A DNA stretch of 64,000 nucleotides from Vicugna vicugna (GCA_013265495.1 MU057521.1:1810335-1874334), one strand, 5' to 3'; counted from the stretch's first letter, positions 50,775 to 64,000 are shown. Notes: generated by a model from the sequence alone, not told the origin. Program-made: numbers and translations.

Positions 50775-51225
50775 GATGTCACCTCCTTTTCTGCAACTGG
50801 TCATAAGAATAAGGTTGGTTGAATAACTACCCATTCTACCCCACATTTCCCTTGCCTTTTAACAGCACTCAGTTGGTTGAGATCCTTTGCTTGATCAGAT
50901 GATAGTCTTGAGGAGTGTGAATCCTTACTGGTTCTGCCCACATGAAGTTGCTGTAGTCCTTTGTTAACCTTGCCTGTAGGGCAGGCAGTACAAATACACC
51001 CTAAGGGGTGACGCCTTGTTTCCGAGAACACGATTTCAGCTCCCTCTGTGTGGTAGCTGTCTTAGCTCCCTTGGATAGTCAGCGCCAACCCGCTAGCAGT
51101 CACTGTGACCTCCCTTTTTCCCTTATTCCCCTTATGGCCTCAGGACATCAAAATGCCAGGTGGCAGTTGTTCCAGTTCAGGGGAACTGGTGTTGGGTCCA
51201 CTGGTGACGGTGGAAGAGGAAGAGA
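50775..51225 (-). mobile_element. ERV-L internal fragment (dUTPase / integrase C-terminal region), decayed
   Basis: Minus-strand remnants LPPG, DY(Q)GE, PLG..CP..KVNKGLQQ..GRT, EWVV and DQLQKR parallel the ERV-L pol tail. Confidence 0.7.
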
Positions 51226-51314
51226 TTACAGCTGCGAGAAGTGTTACCTTGTGTGTGTTATGGTGTTGGGAAAAAATAGACATGCAGGATGCAGTTCTTT
51301 TTAGCATCAAATGA

Positions 51315-51857
51315 TTTTCTAACAATTCCACTCCTATGTAGATACTCAAGAGAATTGAAAACAGGTGTCCAAATAAATACACGTACACGTGTGTGTACAC
51401 AGGTTCGTAGCAGCATTATTCAGAACAGCCAAAAGGTGGAAACAGCCCAAATGCCCATCAATAAACAGATAAACAAATGTGGTGGGTACATATAATGGAA
51501 CATCATTCAGCCATAAAAAGGAATGAAGTATCAATACACGTTACAATGTAGATGAACCTCAAAAATATGATAGGTAAAAGAAGCTATACACAAAAGGCCA
51601 CTTACTGTGTGATTGATACCGCATATCCAGAACAGGTAAATCCACAGAAACAGACAGCAGAGTAATGGTTGCCAGGGGCTCAGGAGAGGATTGTGGAGCA
51701 GCTGCTTAATGGGACGAGGTTTCTTTTTGAGGTAATGGAAGTGTTTTGCAAGTAGACAGAGGTGGTGGTTGTACAACATTGTCAATATGCTAAATGCTAC
51801 TGAATCGTTCACCTTAAAATGGTTAATTTTATGTTATGAATTTCACCTCAATACAAA
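51315..51857 (+). mobile_element. L1MB-type LINE-1 3' end
   Basis: caattccactcctatg..gagaattgaaaacagg...agccaaaaggtggaaacagcccaaatg...taaaatggttaattttatgttatgaatttcacctcaat. Confidence 0.92.
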
Positions 51858-53639
51858 CGAATCAATAAAGCCCTCTATGGTTTTACATTCATTGCACATT
51901 TAAGTGACAGATTATTCCCAACTTTTATTTCCTCTCATGGGTGTTCAATTTTATCCTCCTCCCCCGCCCTTTCTATCTTCTAAGGATATTCTTTTGATTA
52001 AATGTAGGCTAGGAGTTGCTAATAATTTCAGGATAAATGTTTAGATCAGATACAAAGATACTTGAAAACAAAACAAGAGACAGAATTAGAATTCCTCTTT
52101 GATCTTATATGTGATAGAAATCCCTTTGAGAGAGCTGTGTTTTTAGTGAGAAATTAACACATAAACAAAATCATTTTTTCATATAAGCTTGGAGGCCTAC
52201 GAGACATCTGAGACATCTTTAATCGGGTGGAATTGCTTCATGCGAGGAGTGATTTAAAGCAAAAGTAACAACCTAGATTTTAGACGGTTACAATTGGTAC
52301 ATTTGAAGAGAATAAGCCTTGTTGGTGGGAGCAGCCCCCCAGGAGAGCACAGGTGCCCTTCCCATTATGAGACCCCCTTGAGGACCATAATGCAGACCAG
52401 TTAGGTCAAGGCAGACCCAGACATGTCTCAGTTTGTCAGAAGCCTTGCTCTGTTTGCTCCACATGGTTGGGGTCTGATAAAATCCTGTACACGGCTTGGC
52501 CCAGCACATTCCTCTCAGTATTTACATCCCAAGGGGAGTCTTAAGGGACATTTAATCCTCATGTTTCTGGTTCATTTTCCCTTAACTCATCAAAATAAGG
52601 TTATGAAAGATTGCTTTGATCTCTAACAGGACTTGTTCATGAGAGACATGAGGCCATTACTTTCAAAACAGAAAGCTCTGCTCTGCCAAGAGTTCGGGAG
52701 TTAACAGCATGACGTTAGAGCTTCTTTCGAAGCACCTGACCTTTGAGACCCAACTGGGTCCTAAACTTGGCTCAGGGAGGCCTGCTGCCCTCCAGCCTAA
52801 TAAAGCCCATTAATTAACTGTCAGAGCAGCTGTGTAACAAGTGAACTTTTAGTGGCTGTGCCATTTTCTTGGTTCCAGGCCAGACATGATAGGTATAAAA
52901 CTTACACCATCAGTGAGACATTTCAGAGAGAAACTGATATTTGCATAATGAAGGGCTGCCTTCCAAATAAAATGTACATTGCAGGACACGTATTTTTTAA
53001 TAATGAAAATGTAAATTATTCTGTTCACAGCAGCCTTCTTTGGGTGCTCCCAGAGACCATACACTTGCAAGTGAATTACTATAAGGTTAATAACAGATTC
53101 CCTGTCCTATCATTTTAATGTTTGTGGAGTTCAATGCCAAAGGTATAAGGATGGGAAATAAGTATACTATTATTAACCAAATGCTTGCTTATGACCAAAA
53201 TTATGACCAAAATGCCTGCTTAAAAAACTTGAACTGTCTTCTGGTGAGATACTATTGTAAAAGGCACCAGACTTTAGACTTTAGGGGTCATAGTTAAAGT
53301 TCTTTAATTTGTCAAGAATAGAAACCAAGTCATGCCAGATTGAACAAAAAGAGGAATTTGTTGGAAAGGTACGGAGGTGTCTCGCAGCAATAAAGAATGA
53401 TCTGGACATGACGCTTAAGAAAGGCAAGAGCCATACCAGGGCCACTCCGGGCTCAGGGGCTGCAGCTGCCGGTGCTTCTCATTTTTGGACTGAACTGAGA
53501 ATTAGAAGCAGAAATGTCATAGAGGATTCAACGTGGGATGCGATTCTGTGAAATGTGGGGAGAACAGGCGAGGTAATCCCAACTGTCATTTTCCCCAAAA
53601 TGAGGTAGTTAAATATTTAAATGACCAGAAAAAAAAATC

Positions 53640-54850
53640 TTAGAATCTGAGCTTAAAGTGTCTTTGATGTCACCCCTTCTTCTTTGGCCCTGACACCTGG
53701 GCATTCAGCATCTGTTGAAACACTTTCCATGCTGGGGCACTACTAATAAGGACAGCCTGTTCCGTTATGAAATATATGAGTCTTACACTGGATGAAATTT
53801 GACTTCTACCCTTTGGTTCACTATCTAGACTTTGAGCACTCAGATCAAGTCGTACACAATGTACACAGGATAATTGTTTATATGTTGAAGACAGATCAAT
53901 ACTCTGGCCTCTTGGTTTTCTCTTATTCTAGCTAAGCATATTTAATGGCTTCAGACAGTCTTCATACAATGGAATTTTTCACCCTGTCCAACTTCTTCTA
54001 CACATAATTTAATCTCAAGTGGCCCTCTTAGAATGTAGTATCTAGGATGACATATATACTCTAGGCATGGTCTGGACAATAAACTTCTATTAATGTGGCT
54101 TTGGGTTGTATTACCACTGCGGTGTTGACTCAGACTGTGCTTGTGGTCCATGCATGAACTGTTGCTAAATCAGCTCTCCCCTGTTACGCTCTTGTGCAAT
54201 GAATTCTTTAAACAGAAATGCCATCCAAAAGGAACAATGAGTGGTCATTGCTCAGATTATTTTGATTCTTGACCCTGCCTTATGTTATATTAACTGTCTT
54301 TCCACCACTAATTAATAAGCATGGATTTTATCCCTTACTCCAAGTCATTGATTTAAAGAAAGAAAAAAAAATTTTGAACTGACCAGGACCAAGTACAGAG
54401 CCTGTTGGTCTGGATTAGAGACGTCTCCACAAATTGACAGTGAGCAATGAGTGGTCTTTGAGGACAGTTTTTCAACCAACTGTGCATTGGCCCACATGCA
54501 GCATTTTTCAGAATGTTACTGATGGAGGAACTGTTCCTCTAAATATTGATAAGGTTTACTTAGAAATAAAGTTCTCAGTCTTTTTTTTTTTTTGTGCCCA
54601 GTGAACCATGAAGAACGGAATACCCTTTTATGTGTGTCTGTGTGTGAGGGTATCATCTGGTGGAACCCCATAAAACACTCTTGGGAAACACTGACATAAT
54701 CCTATTAATGTGAGCACACACGTTTCCACTGGGATTTAATCCATTCCAGTGGGATTTAAATGAGAGTCCTGATCACGTACTCTGATACAATATAAACTCT
54801 GCCTACAGCCTGCCTCTGCTCTCCAGTCTGTTAGCTCTGTCAAACAAGGA
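53640..54850 (-). mobile_element. L3/CR1 LINE reverse-transcriptase remnant (with a hAT MITE insertion at ~54500-54695)
   Basis: The minus strand of 54341-54402 encodes GSVLGP..F.IF..INDL, the CR1 RT motif PQGSVLGPxLFNIFINDL. Confidence 0.7.
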
Positions 54851-56309
54851 GAGAGTTAAAAACTGAGCCAAAGAATGGAAGAGTAATCAAGGGGCACATT
54901 GGCTGGCAGATTTCAGAAACATGAGATCTCAGGTCTTGAAACAGCCAAAATATTAGGTTGAAGAATGAGAGACAAAAGTTGAGCCCATTTCCCAGCTAAG
55001 ATCCAGAAGGAGAGTCCAAGCATGGCGGTCAAGACCTTTGGGTTTTAAGTCAAAGTCCTGTGGCATCTAGCTCCACCCTTGAGGGTCCAGATCCTGCCTG
55101 AGTAGACACTGAATCTGTTCCTGACCGTCGGAGAGTTAAGAAGCTTCTTTCTGCTACCTGCTAACAATCTGCTGCCTGACCTAGAGGGCTCTAGTCTTTC
55201 CTCATTGTCCTAACCTAGGGATGAAAACATAAACTCCTTTTGTTGTCCTTAAAATACCCACGAGACTGGATTCTGTTTGGCCTTAAGCTTTGATACTCTT
55301 CTTCTTCCCCCCTTTCTTTCCTAGGCATCTTTGGTTCCTTGCCCCTTCTTTCTTCTTTAATACATTTCTACATTTTTTTTCTTTTACAAGTTCTATAATA
55401 TACTCATCAGCACCTGCATTTGCTCTTGGACCATTTCTATGAAGTTAATCAGCAATATTCTATAGCTGGATTTAATTGTATCCGAAAAGAAATGAATTTC
55501 AGTGAATTGAATTATATTTCTAATACTCACAGGGAGTTTTAAATTTATAGATACTTCCAATGGATCTTTTCTTTGTAATAAAGTTAAAGAATGCTTTTGT
55601 GAGTCAAATAACCTCTAATTTGCCAATTTGGTAAGTCTGTAAATTTAGTTTTCTTAAGTTGTGGTTAATCCATACTTATGAACACTGCATTTTAAAGTTT
55701 ATCAAGTAGCAAAGTATCTGGTCAGTTGACTAGAATTAATTGATGTGATTTCATGACTGTGTTCAGCTTTACAGTATGATTTAAGGTTCACACTTAGTAA
55801 ATTAAATGAGATCATTTTATAACTACTCACAGTACAGAGCTGACTCAGTGTGTGACGTGCACAATGGAATAATGAATCTACACCAGCCCAGATGGTACCC
55901 TCTGTTGTTGCCCTTCATGTCACTTATTCATTCACCAAACATTATGGTGTGCCTGGAATATTCTGGAAACTTGGAATACAAATGCCCCTGGTTTAATTCA
56001 CATCAATTACTTAGAGTAATTCACTGCCAGGCACTCAATCCTAAATCCCTGCAAATATGTTAATTACTAATTAAATGGGGATCGACACAATCCAAGGAGA
56101 CAAGCAGGCCTACAGGCATTCTGGAATCAAGCTGGAAAAAAGTACAAATGGGAACTTCACAGATGCTGAAACACAACCAGGGGCTCTTTCCTTAGACATG
56201 GATGATGAGCCAAGAATCCATGTTGAGTCTATGAGAAAGTAACAAACATAATAAGTCCAATGCTGGCCATGTCTCAGTAGCTGGGAGGCATGATCATAAG
56301 AAGGACAGA

Positions 56310-56530
56310 TAATAGTCTGTTAGAATGTGCTCCCCGTGTGCCAGACATTCTTCTCAGCACTTTGTGTGTATTGATTCATTCAGTCCTTACAACACCCCCA
56401 GGTGTTATAATTTCTATTTTCTAGAAGAGACGACTGAGGGCTCAGAGAGGTAAAGTATCTTGCCCAAGGTTGCACAGCATGTAAACGGCAGGGCTGCAGT
56501 CTATCCAGGCAGTCTGACCCTGGAGCCCAT
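56310..56530 (-). mobile_element. MIR SINE
   Basis: tgtgccagac..cagcacttt...actgagggctcagagaggtaaagtatcttgcccaaggttgcacagc. Confidence 0.85.
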
Positions 56531-59500
56531 GGCGTGGTGGTCACAGGACTCCCATGCTAGTGGTGGGAGCCTTGGTGGGAGTCTCTTGGCTCTGCAGTGC
56601 CACACAAGGGAAGATAACTATGATTAGTGCTGCAAATCACCAACACCGACGTCAGGCTCTCTCACCCCTACAGACGCTCATGATTTACCCAGTAATAACT
56701 TAATCAGGTGATTTATGCACATCCTCTCCTGTTGGAACAAGTATACAGCAACTCAGTGCTGGTGGGTTATGAAACAGAGAGCTTTAAAAACTCCAAATGG
56801 CTTCCGGAGAAATCAGATTTCACCCTGGGACAGGGGCTGATAGAACACCTCGGGTCAGGGAGACCTCAAAGGCTCCCCGTTTGGAACTCTCCCCCGACTT
56901 CCAGTGTATACTTGACTCTCTCCCATATCCCCATAAATCTGAGTGCCCTGGGTGTCTGAATAATGGATTAGAGATGGGTATTGATGGATGAGGACGCATG
57001 AGACAAGACCTGTAAAAAGTGATTCATTAACCTAGGCAACCCTTTATAGCTAAAAATATCAAAGCTGGGGGTTATCTTTCCAAAACACAGATACAACCAT
57101 GTGTCTTCTCCACTGAAAACTCATTAATGGCTCTCCATTACCACAGGGTAAATTCTCAATGTCATGCTCAAGGTCCTCTGAGAGCTGACCCCATCCCACA
57201 GTCCCCCAGCAGGCCCTGCATGTTGCGCGGTCCAGGCCAGTCCTGCTACCCCCAGGCTCCCGCTCGGCAGGCCCAGTTCCCATCTGCCTGCCCCAGGAAG
57301 CTTTCTCCAGACAGAGCCCAGGCTGTGAGAGTGTTGGGTCCACCGCAGCTCAGAGCTGGGAAATTCCTATGATCAGAAGCTGAGAAACAGGGTCCTGAGA
57401 GCCCAAAAGAGAAGGAGAAGGGGAGGCTGGGCTGAGGCCTTGGCCTGGGATCAGGGGGTGTCGCAGGAGAAGGAGCTGGCCCCCACTGCTACCCTTTGGG
57501 CTCTGTGGTCACATCATGGGGTTGTCTGCAAACCCTGCCATGTCCTGCTGGGGAGAGAGCTCATGGGGTCTGGAGCAAAATGTTCGGGGACCACCGGGAT
57601 GGGGCTGGAAGGGGCAGAGGCCTGATAAATCCAGTGAAGGCTGTGAACCCCACAGTACCTCTGGAGAACAGGGCCAGGACTGCCCCGCTCCCACCCCCCA
57701 GCCCATGGCTGACAGTTTTCTGACTCCCTCAGGTTGTGACCATATACACTGAGAGCCCGCTGAACTGTCCTTAAGAACACAAAGTGACAGGCTGTCCCCC
57801 TTTACTCGCCATTCAGTCACCCATTCGGCTCCTTGATCTTGTCACCCCGGCACTGAGCTCAGGCCTGGGAGTGAAGCAGGGAGAGCCAGCCCCTGCTGCC
57901 TAGGAACTCTGGAACTCTGGGGGACATCCGGCCCATTGCAGGGAGGCACAGAGGGAGCCATGGCCGAATCCACCTGCTAATCATTTGGACGGAGGCCTAA
58001 GGGAGGTGTAATGTTCACCTGTCTGGTATGCGGGTCTGGGGTCCTGGGGAAGCGTGGAGGGCAGATGGCCAGCAGCTGAGATAGGAGGGCAGCTTCTTGC
58101 CATATGTGGCCCAGGTTCTGCTGTCTTCCCTCCCCTGGACCACCTCTTCCTCTCCCATCCCTCCTGTTCACACACTACCTGTCTTTGGGGGCCAACCTCA
58201 GGTTGCATCTCCTCCATGAAGCATTTCCTCCTCCAGCTTTTAGGGGTCCCCCCCGTCTCGATTCTACAGCCATAAGTTCCCTGCTGCTTGAAGAAATTGC
58301 TGTGTTCGGCATTTTTCCTCCCTCTTTTCTGACTAGATTGGAAACTGCTTGAGCATAAGGGTGACATCTCATACTTTATTTTATTCCCAACAGTGCTTGG
58401 GACATAGTAAGTGCAAACACCACCAAAGAAACAACGCCAAAGAAACTCCCTGCCTCCCCCTCTCCCTCCGAGGTCTCGGCAGGAGAAGCACACAGACAGA
58501 GCTGACCCCCGTCGAGTCCCCTTTCTGGCTTGTCCAGGACCACCCTGTTGGGGGGGGGTCCTTTGGAGGATGGAAGCAGTTTGCAGATGGAGAGCAAAAT
58601 CAGGCTGTGGGCTTTTGGAGGAGGCAAAATTATAATTTGCATTTCTCTGCAGAGTGAGAAGTCTGTAATTTAGGACTTCGCCTAATTGCTCTTTAGAGTT
58701 CCCAGGCACTGCCTCTCTCGGGGCGGCCCTGTGTTTGTTGGAGAGGGGCGCTCTTAATGGCTCTGCAGCTCTGTCCAAAGATGGCTCAAAGGTAAGATGA
58801 CTCAGAGACAGAGCAGGTCAGTCCTGAGTTCTGTTTTGTTTTGTTTTGTTTTTACCCCAGAGTCCTGAATTGTTCAGCTTTTGGAGGGGAAGGAAGGCAA
58901 GAGGTTCCAAGCACATAGTTACAGGCAGCATCTTTGGTCTGTGGCTACTCCACTTTAAGCTCCGAGCCGCTGGTAGCCGGAAACGAGGGGACGCCCGAGG
59001 TGGCATGTCCACTTCTCTCTGTGGCTGGGCTCTCCTTGCCCATGTGTATGAGGCTGCAGCCTCTCTGTTTCTCATTCACACTGTGGCCATTTTGGAAAGC
59101 TACTTACTTCTTTTGAAAACTTATTTTTGAGTGTTCCTGAGTGATAGTCAGAATGGCACGCAGCAGCCTTGAGTACCAGGGGGGAATCAGGTGTTCCAGC
59201 CCCTCCCCCCAGGAGCCCCACACAGACCCCACCCAACCAAATCTGAGTTTGGGGTGTTGCCAGCAATCAACTTTTTTTCTTTTTTTAAACAAAAGGCACA
59301 TCAAAGGAGCAAAAGTTACGGCCATTTTTATCAATCATGGGCAAACGCCTGAGCAAATGTAAAACAAGCACACTTTCCATTCAGCTTTTTATAACTGGCA
59401 GCTCTTTGTGGTTATAAGTTAAGGCCACAGATGTTAAAGCCACAGGGAGTCGTGTTTCCAGGTGGGGCAGGGGCCATGCTAAGAATATGATGTTCTCCAA

Positions 59501-59652
59501 CTGTCCTACCTCTGTCTCGGGCCAATCACCTTCGCTCTTGGCCAAACCTTTTATACAGGTCCAGCCTGGCTGAAAGGAACATCCTGGAAGTTCTGAAGGG
59601 GACAAAGGCACATCAGACTTTGCTACAACACAGTACAGGGCTATACACAGAA

Positions 59653-59674
59653 GTGTGTGTGTGTGTGTGTGTGT
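59653..59674. repeat. (GT)n microsatellite
   Basis: About 11 units directly visible. Confidence 0.95.
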
Positions 59675-59863
59675 AGGGAGGCAGGCACTGTTGACTGGAA
59701 AGGAGTTCTGAGCCAGCTCGCTCAATATTGCAAAATAATGATAAAAGTTACTATTTGCCTTCTACCATCCAGATGCTTTGCATACATGATCTTATTTTAA
59801 TCTTCAGAACAACTCTATAAGGTGTTGCTCTCCTACTTCTAGAGATGAGGAAAACTTAGATAA

Positions 59864-60307
59864 TGTATTCATGTGCTCAATCTGCCATCAAAAAGTACCA
59901 CAGACCAACAGGATTTATTCTCCCACAGTTCTGGAGGCTGGAAGTCTGAATACAAGGTGACAGTGGGGCCACACTCCCTCTGAGATTCTGGATAGAGTCC
60001 CTCCTTGCCTCTTCCTAGCCCCTCATGGCGGCTGCCAATCCTTGGGTCCTTTGCTTCACAGTTGCATCACTCGGATCTCTGCCTCTGTCATCCCATGGCG
60101 TTCCCCCTCCGTGTGTCTTGGTGTCTGGTCTCTCTCCTCTTTAATAAGAACACCAGTCATGTTGGATTAAGGACCCACCCAACTCCAGTAAGACCTTATC
60201 TCAATTAATTCCATCTCAATGACCCTATTTCCAAATAAGGTCACTGTCTGAGATATTGAGGGTGAGATCTTCAAATATTTTTGGACTACACTGTTCAACA
60301 CATAACA
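59864..60307 (-). mobile_element. MLT1C-type MaLR solo LTR inserted into a MIR (~59740-60400)
   Basis: tgtattc...cacagttctggaggctggaagtctgaa...accctatttccaaataaggtcac...ttcaacacataaca; MIR halves gatgaggaaa / aagtatcttgcctaagg flank it. Confidence 0.85.
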
Positions 60308-60569
60308 CAGAAGCAAAGTATCTTGCCTAAGGTGCCACCGCCTGCCAACGCAGAGAAAACCTGAACCTAGTACTACTCAAACTCCTTTTCTTTCCTGTGC
60401 ACTAATTTATGCAATTGAAGTGTGTAAGTTACTCAGGCTTATTTCAGCTTTGTATTTTCTTATCCACAACCTGCTTTGCAGCCCCAGGGACTGGCCCCAG
60501 CAGCGGGGAGATGAGAGGGAAGGTGGAGGTCAGGGCTGAGGAGCTGAGTCGAGCTCAGGGATTGTGACT

Positions 60570-60700
60570 GTATCGGGGGTCCCGTCAGGAAAGCAGAAAT
60601 CATAGTAAGCATTTCAGACTGAGAGGATTTAATACAGGCTTTGGTTACAGAAGTGTTGGAAGGACTGAGGGAATAAAAAAACAGGGCGGCGTGGAGAGCC
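60570..60700 (-). mobile_element. ERVL-type LTR terminal fragment (LTR41/79-like)
   Basis: tgtatcgggggtcccgtcaggaaagcagaaatc...gagaggatttaatacagg..ttggttacaga.gtgttggaagg. Confidence 0.45.
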
Positions 60701-63589
60701 AATAGTAGGAACAAATAAAGAGAAATTATGGTAAGAAATCATATGGGCAATATGGCGGCCTGGATTCTGGAGAAACCTCCCTTGTATAACTTTACAAATG
60801 TATGGCTGAGGGAAAGGGAAAGAAAGGGAAATCATTAAACGATGTTAGAGAAATTGTAGGCTATCAGAGAACACCACTTCCAGGCACTTGCCCTGGATGT
60901 AACTGTGTCCCGTAAAAAGATCAGAGAGAGAGTCTGAATATTCAATTTCATGTTGAGAAACAAAAGTAGAAGTCAAGTAGCCAGTTTCGTTTCTTCAATG
61001 TTCAATTAATTTAAGATGCCACGGATATTTGATCCAGTATCAATGGTTTCGACCACCATTGTTAAGGAATCACTGGCAGAAGTAATTTTATCCCAAAGCC
61101 ATTCTGTTTTGGCAAGATCTGTGGTTAATGCCTATTTATTTTTGTCCTGACTCTTCCTGGTGGAGAGAGCTCTTTGGTTATACTTACTAGGAGGAAACTA
61201 ACTATCCAGAAGAAAATCAATTATTTTCTTGGGAAAAGAAAGTCCTAGAAAATAAAAAAATTTGAGTTTTTTTGTTTGTTTGTTTGTTGATTTTTTTTAA
61301 TCCTGCATTCTTAAGCAGGATTTTCACAGTTCTACTATTATCAGCTTGTTTTTCTTGATGGAAAGAATATTAGGAGTTAAAAAAAAGAGGAGGGGGGAGG
61401 AACATAGCAATTTTAAAAGAAGTATGTTGTCCATATATCTCTACTGCCAGTAGTTGAAGAGTGGAAAAGTTGGTAAATAAGCCCCAGATTCCACGCAGCT
61501 CCTTAACCAATTGTCCTGTTTTTTGAGCAGACAACTGAGATACAGTGAGAAGTTCTCGGCTTGTCTTCAATGCTGGTGATGAATACTAAGAGTTTACTTT
61601 GAGCATGTCTGTGATATCTTGTGGAGCCTGAACTGGACCATCAGAAATAAATGTCTAACCGTATTTTCCACAAGGGGCACTGATGTACTTAAAACAAGTC
61701 ATCCTTGGCAGGCAGTATGAAGTCAGAAGGAGCCTCTGCCTCCAGCCCACAGTTCTAATTAATAAAGCTCCAAGAGCACCCTAGCTACAACCTTGGTGAT
61801 TTCCATTGCCTACCTCGACTAATAAATTGATCTCTTGGAAATGAACTGTGAGCACAATTTTAAATTTAAATATTGTGTCACCCAGATTGAACCTGCTTTC
61901 AGTCACGCTGTTAGCTCAAATGAAGGACATACTGAACTGAAGATCGGGCTATCTTGGCAGGGGCCTTTAGCCTAATCAAGAAATTTATGGGCAGACAAAT
62001 TTGTTAAGGAGCCAGACATCTCCTCTAAATCGAAACATCTCAAGTCATTTAGCAGCTGATCTACAGTGTCCTGAGCTTCCTCGAGGTCAGTTAGAGGACC
62101 TTATCCATTTCGTTTAGTGTTATGACTTTAACAAATGACTATTTTTTTTTCCTCTTTCTTTCTTGGTTACCAGAACTAATAAAAACTTCACGGAGATTTA
62201 GAGACACCTAGCGAAATCAGGAGAGTTGGATTCCATGCCTACCTGTTCTCGTTCTCGCTGGGAAATGCCATATGCCCAGTTTTGAAAAACAGAATGGAAA
62301 CCAGTCAAGGGATCGAGCATGTTGAGATCTAGCCTGCCCAGAGCGGGGAGAACTTGAAAGGTGTGAGGAATAACGTCACAGAATGTTTGGTATCTACCAC
62401 CCAGCACGGAGCCTGTCTCATGTCACTCAGGGAAGCGATTACTCTTCTGGCTTCTGCCTCTGAAAACATTCAGTGAAAATTGGTGACTTGGTTGGTATTT
62501 CAGACTAAGAAATGAGGGCATAGATTGAAAACAGACAGGGCTTGAAGGCTTTAGGAATGGCAGCTTTATGTCAAAATTCCAACAAAAATAGTTATCAGCT
62601 GCCCCCCTCCCCTTTGCTAAGGCAGCAGGAGAATCTAGATCCAAGATTCTGTGTAATCCCTCTCTGCTAAAATTCTAACAACAACAAGCAGCTCTTTGGC
62701 ACAGTTTATGCTATTCTTGGCAAGGCTCAGAGCTCAGGTGACATCAAGGGTGACTATGTAGATATATATATACAATGAAGTCAGCTTGTAATTAATTTCT
62801 GTAGATTTAAAAATTAAACTGCCTAGGAGTTAAACGTTTCTGCAAGACAAGGAATAACACAAACAGGTAGTCAATGGCATATGACACAGCTGAGGCATGG
62901 AGTGCTTATTTCCTTAATATATAAAGAGCCCTTAAAAGTGAATAAAAAGTAACCCAACAGAATAATGAGCTTTCACATATGTTACAAATATTTTAATCTG
63001 GCGTGATGTTTACTCTTTAATCTTTTATTCTGTGACTTTCTCAGGCTTGTATTTTATACGGTCAAATCTGTACTTCTTTCTATCACGCTTATGCTCAGAA
63101 AGGCATTCCTCATTCTGAAATACACCTATGTGATGTTGGATTTGGGGGTGGGGATTAATTTCTGATCCATCTGTAGAATTTCTTTGGGGGTGGTGATTAA
63201 AGATTTTAAAAGACTCACATTGTCCCAAGTAATTAACTGGTTGTCCCAGCTTCATTTATGGTGTGGTCCTTTCTTTCACCACTGGTGCGTAGTCACCTTT
63301 ATCATATTTTAAATGCTTACGTGAGCCAAAAATAACAAGTCCATTTGGTGGAGCACCGTGGATGAATCTGAGGCGTTTGCAGAGGGGTGTTTGCAACACG
63401 TGGCCGTCCTTCCTTTTCCCTCTGCCCTCCCCCCTTCCTCCCCAGAGATTACAAACAGAGGGAAGGAAGCCAGGAAAACATTAAACAAGGTCTGCTGCTC
63501 TGGATAATGTCTCGGAAGAAAAGCAGACTGGAGTTTTATGGTTTAAAAACGATTACCTGCTTCAAGAACCCTGCGAGAGAGACCGTAGC

Positions 63590-63790
63590 TGCCACGTACT
63601 GGGCGCCAGGCGCTGCTGTGCGCACCTCCAGGCCGGCATCACTTATCCTCAGGACCGCCCACGACGTGGGTGCTGTCATCACCACCCTGATGGTAGCGAT
63701 AAGGAAACTGGGACCAGAGACCTCATATGACTTACCCCCAAATCATTTGGAAGGACAGCGACCTAACACGTGGCTAAACCAGCCAGTCTG
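63590..63790 (-). mobile_element. MIR SINE fragment
   Basis: acgtactgggcgccaggcgctg...tcacttatcctcagga...gataaggaaactgggacc..tgacttacccccaaatca. Confidence 0.6.
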
Positions 63791-64000
63791 TAAGGTGCTG
63801 GGATCGTCATCTTCTTCAAAACACTTCCTCTCACCAAAGACATCAGGTGTCACAAACACCTGACCAGGGAGGCCCCTGACACTGGGATGCAGGGGTGCAG
63901 GGAGGCAATGCTATCTGGCGGAAACGGTCCTGGGTTAGAGAGTGCAGGTGACTTCTCTGGTTCTGAGAAATGTGGACCACCGTCCATTTCTAGGTACTCA

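Noticed and set aside
57981..58778. Longest ORF in the window (265 aa, minus strand)
   Set aside because: Non-ATG start, crosses an L2-like remnant (~58130-58420) and low-complexity G/C runs, and has no recognisable domain.
62243..62333. Possible 91-nt minus-strand exon (LDLNMLDPLTGFHSVFQNWAYGISQREREQ)
   Set aside because: Mediocre splice sites, no partner exon and an unrecognised peptide.
1..64000. Prokaryotic-type systems (operons, CRISPR arrays, defence islands), rRNA, known miRNA or snoRNA
   Set aside because: The sequence is mammalian repeat-rich DNA; I found no regularly spaced repeats, long ORFs or recognisable RNA-gene sequence.

Overview
Mammalian genomic DNA of intronic or intergenic character, about half of it recognisable interspersed repeat. 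It is very probably a camelid (camel, alpaca or llama): the only young SINEs are three copies of the tRNA-Ala-derived vic-1-type SINE, and I saw no Alu, B1/B2, Bov-A/tA, PRE1 or CanSINE. I recognise no protein-coding gene, rRNA, true tRNA or CRISPR array. The short ORFs in the track are chance ORFs or decayed transposon coding remnants: L1 ORF1/ORF2, a Charlie hAT transposase, ERV-L dUTPase/integrase and CR1 RT. The window is a layered fossil record of eutherian elements (L1M, HAL1, L2, L3/CR1, MIR, MLT1, LTR16, LTR33, ERV1 solo LTRs, MER5/20B/91, Charlie, Tigger), with several nested insertions whose TSDs are still readable. The best non-repeat signals are a divergent CTCF motif pair near 2.4/4.2 kb plus further + strand motifs, a few well-formed candidate exons (3.3 kb minus; 39-40 kb and 44 kb plus), CpG-retaining ancient MLT1 LTRs, and an 80-bp TSD-flanked retroposed insert. 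Repeat subfamily names come from recalled consensus sequences, and boundaries without a cited TSD/TIR are approximate. The sequence alone supports no new biological system.
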